Assembly: GCA_947626075.1 (NCBI GenBank)
Contig: CANQQW010000001.1
Coordinates: forward strand, 14,213-78,212
Direction of reading: 5' to 3'
DNA length: 64,000 bases
Source: an uncultured Clostridia bacterium
GTDB taxonomy: Bacteria; Bacillota; Clostridia; UBA1381
The notes below the pieces were generated by a model. The model saw only the letters and a list, made by a program, of their open reading frames with translations, ran no database searches and was not told the DNA's origin. Below, in pieces: positions 27,339 to 35,270 of the stretch (positions are counted from its first letter, which is position 1; each line of letters opens with the position of its first letter). Made by a program: the position numbers and the translations under genes.

Positions 27339-28637
27339 ATGACACCGAATATTTATAAACTGTCCGATATGACAAAGGACCGTTACGACTTTATAATGAA
27401 GCGCGCCGAGCTTGACATAACGGAGCAAATGAAAGTTGCGCGCGAGGTTTCGGACGACGTAAGGGATCGCGGCGACGCTGCCGTTCTCGAATACACCGCG
27501 AAGTTTGACCATGTTGAGCTTACAGCCGACCAAATGAAAGTAAAGCCCGAGGAAATCGAAGCGGGCTACAACCGTCTTGACAAGGAAACACGCGAGGCTA
27601 TAGAGTACGCGTACAAGAACATTTACGACTTCCACGAGAAACAGCTTCCCGAGGAAATGTGGTTCACAATGGTTGACGACGGTCTTATGGTCGGCGAGAA
27701 AACAACGCCGATAGTCGACGTGTGCCTGTACGTGCCGCACGGCAAAGGCTCATTCCCGTCGGTACTGTGTATGCTCGGTATTCCGGCGGTCGTTGCGAAA
27801 GTACCGAAAATCGTCGTTGTAACGCCCCCGAACGAAAAGGGCGAGGTTGACGACGCAATCTTAGCGGCTGCGAAAATTATCGGTATCACCGAAATATACA
27901 AGGTCGGCGGCATACAGGCGATAGCGGCTGTCGCGTACGGCACGGAAACGATCCCGAAGTGCCACAAGGTCATAGGACCCGGCAACAGCTACGCAACCGC
28001 GGCAAAACGCGTACTCGCCAACCATATCGACGCGGGACTTCCCGCGGGACCGAGCGAGATAATCGTTTTAGCCGACGAAAAAGCCGACCCCGAAAAGGTC
28101 GCGCTCGACTGGATGATAGAAGCCGAGCACGGACCCGACAGCGCGGCGCTTCTCGTGACGCACTCAAAGGAATTAGTTGACGCGGTTATCCCAATCGTGA
28201 ACCGCCAGCTTGAAAAAATATCGCCGAAGCGCAAGGAGTTTATCGAAACGAACCTCACCACCTACGGCGGCGTCATTTTGACAAACTCGCTCGACGAATC
28301 TATCGCGTTCGTAAACGACTACGCGCCCGAGCATATGGAGGTAATGACGGAAAAACCGTTTGACACGCTCCCGAAAATCAAAAACGCGGGCGAGATACTT
28401 TTGGGCGACTACACGCCGGTAACGCTCTGCAACTTCGTTTTGGGACCCAACGCAATACTTCCGACGGGCGGCTTTGCGAAAACGTACTCGTCGGTAAGCG
28501 TGCAGGATTTCTTAAAGCGCTCGTCCGTCGGCTACGCGTCGAAGGACGGATTTGAAAAGGTAAGAGACTACGCGTACAGATTTGCGAAAGTCGAGGGATT
28601 TGATACGCACGGCTTAGCCGTAAAAGAAAGGAAATAA
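27339..28637 (+). CDS. Histidinol dehydrogenase homologue with non-canonical Zn/substrate motifs
   Basis: HisD fold motifs (GPGN, AGPSE, APEH) but IEAEHG, LCNF and PNAILPT replace SQAEHD, GDY and PNHVLPT. Confidence 0.85.
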   Translation: MTPNIYKLSDMTKDRYDFIMKRAELDITEQMKVAREVSDDVRDRGDAAVLEYTAKFDHVELTADQMKVKPEEIEAGYNRLDKETREAIEYAYKNIYDFHEKQLPEEMWFTMVDDGLMVGEKTTPIVDVCLYVPHGKGSFPSVLCMLGIPAVVAKVPKIVVVTPPNEKGEVDDAILAAAKIIGITEIYKVGGIQAIAAVAYGTETIPKCHKVIGPGNSYATAAKRVLANHIDAGLPAGPSEIIVLADEKADPEKVALDWMIEAEHGPDSAALLVTHSKELVDAVIPIVNRQLEKISPKRKEFIETNLTTYGGVILTNSLDESIAFVNDYAPEHMEVMTEKPFDTLPKIKNAGEILLGDYTPVTLCNFVLGPNAILPTGGFAKTYSSVSVQDFLKRSSVGYASKDGFEKVRDYAYRFAKVEGFDTHGLAVKERK

Positions 28638-28639
28638 TT

Positions 28640-29257
28640 ATGGAAAAGGTACAGGTTACGCGCAAAACCACGGAATCGGAAATGAAAGTCGTGTTCGACT
28701 TTTCACCGATCAAGCCCGATTACAGAAAGAATATAAAGACTCCGCTTCCGTTTCTAAGTCACATGATTGAGCATATCGCGTGGCGCGGCGGATTTAATAT
28801 CGAAACCGACATTAAGCTTGACGAGTTCACTTTGACGCACGTAATATGCGAGGATCTCGGTATGGCTATGGGCAAGGCGGCGCGCGAGTACGTGCAGAAA
28901 ACCGACGGCGCGGCGGGCTTTGGCGACGCTGTGGGCATTATCGACGAGGCGAAAGCGGAATGTGCCGTAAGCTTTGAGGACAGAGTGTACATAGACGTCG
29001 ACTACCACGGCAACGCGCCGGCGGCGAAAGTCGAGGGTATGGACAGCGAGGATTTGGAAACGTTTCTCGAAGGCTTTGTTCAGGGCGCGATGTGTACGAT
29101 GCACATAGATTTGCAAAAAGGTCATAACGGTCATCACATCTGGGAAGCGATTTACAGAAGCGTCGGCTCGGCGCTGAGCCGCGCATTCACGGTAAGCGAG
29201 GCGCGCAAGGGCATGACCAGCGGCGTTGCCGGTAAAATTGAGTGGACAGTGGAATAA
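28640..29257 (+). CDS. Imidazoleglycerol-phosphate dehydratase (HisB) homologue, divergent
   Basis: RKTTE, FLSHMI, DEA and NGHHIWEA retained; first HH motif is THVICED; C-terminal STKG is absent. Confidence 0.8.
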   Translation: MEKVQVTRKTTESEMKVVFDFSPIKPDYRKNIKTPLPFLSHMIEHIAWRGGFNIETDIKLDEFTLTHVICEDLGMAMGKAAREYVQKTDGAAGFGDAVGIIDEAKAECAVSFEDRVYIDVDYHGNAPAAKVEGMDSEDLETFLEGFVQGAMCTMHIDLQKGHNGHHIWEAIYRSVGSALSRAFTVSEARKGMTSGVAGKIEWTVE

Positions 29258-29393
29258 ATTATGATTTAGCGATGTATTTGCGGTGTGGACGTAGGGGCGG
29301 TCATTGGCCGCCCGTCCCCGACAACCCGATGTCAACAGGATTTTGTAGGGGCGACCCTTGCGGTCGCCCGCATTTACGCACATAAATCATAAT
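29258..29393. repeat. REP-containing miniature element, copy 2
   Basis: Same terminal IR; two GTAG palindromes (29291-29314 and GTAGGGGCGACCCTTGCGGTCGCCCG at 29345-29370). Confidence 0.8.
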
Positions 29394-29453
29394 CTATAAC
29401 CGTACCAAACCAAAGGGACACATCGTGTCCCTGTTTTAACAGGAGGCAAAACA

Positions 29454-30005
29454 ATGGAAAAGAAAATAACCACGCCGTTCACTAAGGATAAAATCCGCGC
29501 TTTAAAAGCGGGCGACAGCGTGCTTATAACGGGAGTTATATACACGGCTCGCGACGCGGCGCACGAGCGCATGACGGCTAACTTCAAAAAAGACGGCGCA
29601 TTCCCGATTGACCTTACCGACGGCGCGATTTATTACGCCGGTCCGTGTCCCGCCAAACCGGGCGAGGTTATAGGCTCATGCGGACCCACCACCGCGGGCA
29701 GAATGGACGCTTACACGCCGCTTTTGCTCGACTGCGGTTTGGGATGCATGATAGGCAAAGGCGCGCGGAATAAAGACGTTGTGGACGCGATGAAGCGCAA
29801 CACCGCCGTGTACCTCGGCGCGATAGGCGGCGCGGGCGCACTTATAGCAAAGTCCATAAAGAAAGCGGAGGTTGTGGCGTATGACGACCTCGGCACGGAA
29901 GCGATACGCCGCCTTGAAGTGGAGGACTTTCCGGCGGTTGTGCTTATCGACTGCGAGGGTAACGACCTGTACGAAATAGGGCAGGCAAAATATAGGGAAA
30001 TTTAA
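29454..30005 (+). CDS. Fe-S hydro-lyase (class I fumarase/tartrate dehydratase) beta subunit
   Basis: LKAGDSVLITGVIYTARDAAH, GPTTAGRMD, MIGKG, DCEGNDLY. Confidence 0.92.
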   Translation: MEKKITTPFTKDKIRALKAGDSVLITGVIYTARDAAHERMTANFKKDGAFPIDLTDGAIYYAGPCPAKPGEVIGSCGPTTAGRMDAYTPLLLDCGLGCMIGKGARNKDVVDAMKRNTAVYLGAIGGAGALIAKSIKKAEVVAYDDLGTEAIRRLEVEDFPAVVLIDCEGNDLYEIGQAKYREI

Positions 30006-30008
30006 AAA

Positions 30009-31352
30009 ATGAGTACACTTGAAAATTCATTATCAATGGAAATCTCGTTTGGAAGGCTTATCAAATTCACTATCCCCACAATCATAATGATGATTTTCAC
30101 TTCGATGTATACAATAGTGGACGGCATTTTTGTGTCGCGGCTTGTGAATACTGACGCGCTTTCGGCGGTAAACATCGTGTTCCCGATTTTGGGACTTGCG
30201 ACGGGCATAGGCACGATGTTCGGTACGGGCATGTCCGCTGTTGTTTCGATTAAGAACGGGGCGGGCAGAAATCTTGAAGCGAACCGAGACTTTACATATA
30301 TTTACATAGTTTTAGCCGCGCTTGCCATAGCGTCAATGGCGTTGGTTTTTATATTCATAAAACCGATAATTATTTTTCTCGGTGCGAATGAGGCAATTTA
30401 CGATTACTGCTACGATTACGCGCGCGTATCGGCGTTTTTCATACCGTTTTCGATAATGCAGATGTATGTGCATGGCGCTATTTTAGCCGACGGCAAGCCG
30501 AAGCTGATGCTTGCGCTCTCACTCACCGGCGGCATAGCGAATATCGTGCTCGACTACGTGTTCATAAAGCCGTGCGGCATGGGAATATCGGGCGCCGCTT
30601 TGGCTACGGGAATAGGGTATATGATTCAAACGACAGCCGCGACCGTTTACTTTGCGCGCAATAAAAACGGACTTGTGCATTTTGTAAATCCTCGCCGCGA
30701 CAGACGCGCGCTCGTATCGACCGTTACAAACGGTTCGTCGGAAATGGTTAATAACCTCGCCATGAGCATTACCACGCTTTTATTCAATCTCGCGATGATG
30801 CGCTTTGCGGGGCAGGACGGAGTAGCCGCGATTACGATAGTACTCTATATTGATTTTTTCCTTGCCGCTGTAAGCATAGGATATTCAATGGGAGCCGCGC
30901 CCGTGATAAGCTATAATTACGGCGCGGAAGAAAAGGAGAAGCTTGGTAAAATTTTCCGAATAAGCCTGATTTTTTTAGGCATCTTCTCCATAGCCGTTAC
31001 GGCGCTTACCGTTATATTCAGAGGACCGCTTGTGCTGACGTTTGCAAAGTCGGGTACGGGGGTATTTGAAATCGCAAAGCGCGGAATGTTGCTATTCGCG
31101 TCGGGGTATCTGTTCAAAGGTTATAATATATTTGCCTCGTCGCTTTTTACTGCGTACTCAAACGGCAAAATTTCGGCGGTTATTTCATTTATCAGAACGC
31201 TCGGACTAACATCGCTGTTTATAATAGGCTTCGCGGCGCTTTTCGGCGTGGACGGAATATGGTTTGCTATACCGGCAGCGGAATTTCTGACGCTCATTTT
31301 GGCGGCGTATTTCGTTTGGAAATACAAAGACAAATATTATCTGCTGCGCTAA
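30009..31352 (+). CDS. MATE-family efflux transporter
   Basis: SMYTIVDGIFV, DGKPK, ANIVLDYVFI..MGISGAALAT, GVDGIWFA. Confidence 0.92.
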   Translation: MSTLENSLSMEISFGRLIKFTIPTIIMMIFTSMYTIVDGIFVSRLVNTDALSAVNIVFPILGLATGIGTMFGTGMSAVVSIKNGAGRNLEANRDFTYIYIVLAALAIASMALVFIFIKPIIIFLGANEAIYDYCYDYARVSAFFIPFSIMQMYVHGAILADGKPKLMLALSLTGGIANIVLDYVFIKPCGMGISGAALATGIGYMIQTTAATVYFARNKNGLVHFVNPRRDRRALVSTVTNGSSEMVNNLAMSITTLLFNLAMMRFAGQDGVAAITIVLYIDFFLAAVSIGYSMGAAPVISYNYGAEEKEKLGKIFRISLIFLGIFSIAVTALTVIFRGPLVLTFAKSGTGVFEIAKRGMLLFASGYLFKGYNIFASSLFTAYSNGKISAVISFIRTLGLTSLFIIGFAALFGVDGIWFAIPAAEFLTLILAAYFVWKYKDKYYLLR

Positions 31353-31366
31353 CAACCGCATTGTGC

Positions 31367-31401
31367 AAAAACCGCTCAGACAAAAGCCTGAGCGGTTTTT
31401 T
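31367..31401. terminator. Bidirectional terminator between convergent genes
   Basis: AAAAACCGCTCAG-N8-CTGAGCGGTTTTT. Confidence 0.85.
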
Positions 31402-31444
31402 GTAACTCATTATACCATCGGCGCACATTTTCAAAATTACGAAA

Positions 31445-31460
31445 GTAGGGGACGGCGCCC
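31445..31460 (+). repeat. Truncated GTAG REP-like half site
   Basis: GTAGGGGACGGCGCCC abutting the stop codon of the convergent gene. Confidence 0.4.
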
Positions 31461-33170
31461 TTAATCTTTCCATACCACCGTAAGCCCGAGCGCTTCGGCG
31501 GCAAAACGCACCGGGATAAATATTCTGTCCTCTTTCATAATCACTTCGGTGTCCATTTCTACGGCATCACCGCCGACAAGCATTATATTGCTTCCGAGCG
31601 TCAAAGATACCGTCTTGCCGTTCTTTTCTATAGCTGCGGTATGCGTTTCCTGCGACCAATCCACTTTAGCGTCAAGCATTTCCGATAACGCGCGAACAGG
31701 TACCTGCGTTCTGCCGTTACCGTCTATAAACGGCTTCGCGTCGGGGAAGTCGACCGTTTCTCCGTCAACCTTTATCACTGGTGTTTCGCCGTTTTCAACG
31801 TACAGCTTCCTAGGCTCCGCCGACGGCGTGGGAGCTGCGGTAGGAGCTAAGGTAGGAGCTGCGGTAGGTTCCGCGCTCGGCTCGGGTGCGGCTGTTTCTT
31901 CGGGCAGCTTTGTCGGGACAGGAGTTGAAGCGTTTTCGACAACAGTTCCGTTTTCCGCTAATTGATTATAAAAAGAATCCATATTGTTTTCCACACCGAT
32001 AAAGTCATAGAAGTCTTTTGACAGCTTTATTGATTTGTCTTTGATTATTACGTTTTCCTTTGTCAGCAATCCACTCTCATGAAACGCGTTCCCGACCTCG
32101 GGCGCTCCCTCAAAGGTAACCTTTTCAATCAGCGGACATTCCCTGAACGCGCCGTCATTTATTACCTTTACATTTTTAGGTATGGTTACTTCTTTGAGTG
32201 TAGTGTATGCGAACGCGCTGCTGTCAATGCTTTCCAACGTCGTGGGGAATGTAACCGTATCAATATCACGGTACGCGAACGCATATTCGGTAATTGATTT
32301 TATACCCTCCGGGATTATCGGATTTTTTTCGTTTGAAATATACTTTAGAACAGTATTTTCCACAACTGCATAATCCTCATAATTGCCGGTGCTTTTATCT
32401 GTTTTACCTTTCAGATATTTATCGTTGCACCAGCTTGAATCTCTGACGGCTTTAAAGATTTTAACCGTCATATCGGAATTAAAGGTAATCTCTTGGGCGG
32501 ACAGTACGGGCGGATTGTCAAGCAGCGCGTCGGGAATGTTAATTTCCTTTATTTCTGTTCCCGCAAACCATGTGCTTTTCGGAACATTTGTAATATTGTC
32601 TGACAAATGCACCTTGTCAAGCGAGCCGCAGTCACTAAACGCGCTATCTCCGACATATGTAACGGTATCGGGCATAATAATATCACCCGACGGCGACGTG
32701 CCGTAAAAAGCGTATTCGCCGATTGACTGCAAGCCGTCAGACCATTCAATTGTTTTCAGTCTCTTGCAATTCATAAATGCTCGGTCGCCGATTTTCGTCA
32801 AGCTTGACGGCAATGTGACCTTTTCAAGAGCTTCACAGTCCTCAAAATACCTGTAATCAACCTCCGTCACACCCTCCTTAAATTCTGCTTCCTTTAGAGT
32901 TGTCTGCGCGGAAGCGGGGAGAGGAGAGAGCTTAACGCCCTTGTTTACAATAAGCTTTTTAATTGGATTTCCTTTCAGACTGTTCACCTCTGCATCTTCC
33001 GGGATTTCACATATTCCGTTATCGCCTGTATACGATGTTATTTTTCCGGCTTCATTATATACAAAATCGTCTTTTTGCATACTATCCGCAAATGCATTAT
33101 GCGGTGATGTACTTGCCGCACAGCTTGCGAAAAGTATACCTGCTATTATTGTTGAAATAATTTTTTTCAT
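31461..33170 (-). CDS. Secreted BspA-type LRR protein with C-terminal copper-amine-oxidase-N (stalk) domain
   Basis: Signal peptide MKKIISTIIAGILFASCAAS, LRR_5 repeats, Pro/Thr/Ala linker, DAKPFIDGNGRTQVPVRALSE...DRIFIPVRFAAEALG. Confidence 0.88.
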   Translation of the reverse strand: MKKIISTIIAGILFASCAASTSPHNAFADSMQKDDFVYNEAGKITSYTGDNGICEIPEDAEVNSLKGNPIKKLIVNKGVKLSPLPASAQTTLKEAEFKEGVTEVDYRYFEDCEALEKVTLPSSLTKIGDRAFMNCKRLKTIEWSDGLQSIGEYAFYGTSPSGDIIMPDTVTYVGDSAFSDCGSLDKVHLSDNITNVPKSTWFAGTEIKEINIPDALLDNPPVLSAQEITFNSDMTVKIFKAVRDSSWCNDKYLKGKTDKSTGNYEDYAVVENTVLKYISNEKNPIIPEGIKSITEYAFAYRDIDTVTFPTTLESIDSSAFAYTTLKEVTIPKNVKVINDGAFRECPLIEKVTFEGAPEVGNAFHESGLLTKENVIIKDKSIKLSKDFYDFIGVENNMDSFYNQLAENGTVVENASTPVPTKLPEETAAPEPSAEPTAAPTLAPTAAPTPSAEPRKLYVENGETPVIKVDGETVDFPDAKPFIDGNGRTQVPVRALSEMLDAKVDWSQETHTAAIEKNGKTVSLTLGSNIMLVGGDAVEMDTEVIMKEDRIFIPVRFAAEALGLTVVWKD

Positions 33171-33197
33171 TAAAATACACACTCCTTATATATATTT

Positions 33198-34847
33198 CTA
33201 TTTAACCATTTTATATGATAACTGATAGTTATTAGCTGTATTAGTTCCTGTCGAAACAGATTGTATCGTGATAGCATTATCCGACCAATTATACGGATAA
33301 CAGTATATGGTCATGTCTGTATTCTTGGGTACAGTATATACATTATTTGTATACCATCGTGTCATCTCATATTTATTATTAATTGTCCAAATAGATAAAG
33401 TCTTATCCGGGGAACCTTTTGCGTATACACCGCTGTCCATCTTCGCTTGATCTTCTAAACTTCTGTTTTTAATTTCAACCTTGTATTCTACATCGGTTGT
33501 ACCCCAATAATCTATACAAAAAGCGTCAATATCCCATGAATCCGTCAGTGTAAATTCTGTATTGTTAAGTTCACGATATGAACTGTCGCCATTATATGCA
33601 TTGTATACAGAACCCGTAACATCGTCTTCATATCCGCTAATTGCTTCAACATTTAGCATAGCATAGCCGTCTGTTGCACTTGGGAAATATATTAAAACAT
33701 AGAATGATATAAACTGAGCTGTATTCTTATAGTCCTCTGTGTATACGTCCATATAAGTAGTATTAGTGTTATTATTCGAGGTATATGTTCTTAGGAGCTG
33801 AGGAGTAACACTATTTTTTAAATCACTCCAAACCTTCATTGATATTTTATTTGTTCCCTGAACAGATATTCTGAATTGGGCATCTTTAGCACTTGAACCT
33901 ACTAACGATTGCGGTAAATAAACCGAATAAGCTGCATAATCACCTTGTTTGGAAGTGTCTTTAAGTCTAAAACTGGCGTCTGTTACTCTTATTTCCTCAG
34001 CCTCACTCATTACATCATCTATTGTAAGTGTAGGAGTGGTTAAAGGCTCAATATTATAAATGTCTTCCCAATCATAAGCATCAATTGTTAAATCATATAT
34101 TTCGTTTCCATGTGCTTTGGAGAAAAATCCGCCACATTGTCTATTGCCATCTGACGCAAAAACTCTGTATGTTTTATCTTCCGATAAAGAATTACAATAA
34201 TTCCAAAAATCTTTTGCACATACCTTGTTATATTTCGCAACAGAAGTGTCTACAATAATTTGACCGTCTTCTCCTGTTGTTTGACCTGCACGTAATGTAT
34301 CAACATCTGCAATTAGAATTTGAGCATTTTCGTCTTGTGCGGGATTGCTTACAAACTCGGGCATTTGAGCCGGTGTCTTGTTTACAAACACAACTTTTGT
34401 GTAATCCGTAATTTTATCTTCAATTGCTTCTGTTAGTTTTACTTCATACTGACCATTCACTTCTAAAATAGGGGAATAAAAGCTCTGTTCAGTAATCTCG
34501 TTGTCATAAACGATCGTATCATCTAAAAGATTTGTAATTGTTAAATGTACAGAGTTCATCTCATTGATATTTTTCATATACACACAATCTAATGACAATT
34601 CTGCAAAATCATTTGTAAAACCTGTCATACTCATAGGGAAATTTTCATAGATAATAGGTGCGGTATCACCTAATGCGTCCTTATCCCAATGACCTGCGTC
34701 AAGGTCTGCCTGTGTGATATTTTCTTCCTGCCCATCCTGTATGTAGGTATACACCACTTCATTTCCGTTATCTGCCGCAAGAGCGCCCATTGACGACGCT
34801 GCCATAATATAGGCAAGTGTCATTGCTATTAACTTTTTGATTTTCAT
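33198..34847 (-). CDS. Secreted hypothetical protein
   Basis: 549-aa ORF with signal peptide MKIKKLIAMTLAYIMAASSMGALA and RBS AAAGGAAAG; AT-rich. Confidence 0.8.
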   Translation of the reverse strand: MKIKKLIAMTLAYIMAASSMGALAADNGNEVVYTYIQDGQEENITQADLDAGHWDKDALGDTAPIIYENFPMSMTGFTNDFAELSLDCVYMKNINEMNSVHLTITNLLDDTIVYDNEITEQSFYSPILEVNGQYEVKLTEAIEDKITDYTKVVFVNKTPAQMPEFVSNPAQDENAQILIADVDTLRAGQTTGEDGQIIVDTSVAKYNKVCAKDFWNYCNSLSEDKTYRVFASDGNRQCGGFFSKAHGNEIYDLTIDAYDWEDIYNIEPLTTPTLTIDDVMSEAEEIRVTDASFRLKDTSKQGDYAAYSVYLPQSLVGSSAKDAQFRISVQGTNKISMKVWSDLKNSVTPQLLRTYTSNNNTNTTYMDVYTEDYKNTAQFISFYVLIYFPSATDGYAMLNVEAISGYEDDVTGSVYNAYNGDSSYRELNNTEFTLTDSWDIDAFCIDYWGTTDVEYKVEIKNRSLEDQAKMDSGVYAKGSPDKTLSIWTINNKYEMTRWYTNNVYTVPKNTDMTIYCYPYNWSDNAITIQSVSTGTNTANNYQLSYKMVK

Positions 34848-34915
34848 TATTTCTCTTTCCTTTCATATAAAACTTTAATTTTTCACACACTGCGCGCAAA
34901 TTCGGTTATACTTAA

Positions 34916-34943
34916 ATTATACTACCAATAAATCTAATGTCAA
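34916..34943 (-). promoter_or_regulatory. Sigma-A promoter for the secreted-protein pair
   Basis: Minus-strand TTGACA, 16 bp, TATAAT. Confidence 0.6.
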
Positions 34944-34963
34944 TATATATAATTCTAAACTCC

Positions 34964-34996
34964 TTAATAATCATGCCAAAAAAATGCTTTTTTCAT
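34964..34996 (-). CDS. Candidate 10-aa micro-peptide MKKAFFWHDY
   Basis: Strong RBS GGAGGAGG 7 nt before the ATG in an otherwise AT-rich intergenic region. Confidence 0.3.
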   Translation of the reverse strand: MKKAFFWHDY

Positions 34997-35030
34997 AATT
35001 ATCCCTCCTCCGCTGTATTAATCTTACCGA

Positions 35031-35046
35031 CATTGTGCGCACAATG
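35031..35046. promoter_or_regulatory. Perfect 16-bp palindrome, putative operator
   Basis: CATTGTGCGCACAATG; related TTTGCGCAAA at 35079-35088. Confidence 0.45.
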
Positions 35047-35220
35047 AGTTATACTAAGACATGCTTTTGCGCCCTAATTTTGCGCAAACTTACCCTTTTT
35101 GTCTTTCATATTATGGAACTGCCGCGCAAGTCATTAACTGCAACCATTTTTATAAAAAAATATATTTTTGTAAACCTTGCACAATTTTTACAGCACGCTT
35201 TCGGTAAAAATGCCAATACA

Positions 35221-35252
35221 AAAAGCCGCTCAGACTTTTGTCTGAACGGCTT
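35221..35252 (-). terminator. glnA terminator
   Basis: Minus-strand AAGCCGTTCAGACAAAAGTCTGAGCGGCTTTT. Confidence 0.8.
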
Positions 35253-35270
35253 ATGTAGTTTATTATACGA

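Noticed and set aside
27339-29257. Ordinary histidine biosynthesis operon
   Set aside because: No hisG/Z/C/H/A/F/I nearby and key residues differ, so gene symbols were withheld; a divergent true HisD/HisB role is not excluded.
28754-29383. 209-aa minus-strand ORF beginning MCVNAGDRKGRPY
   Set aside because: Its N-terminus is translated REP sequence and the rest is antisense to hisB*.
26031-29393. Composite transposon or CRISPR formed by the two repeated elements
   Set aside because: The copies are direct, short REP-like units with no transposase or target duplication, and they enclose the core gene dnaJ.
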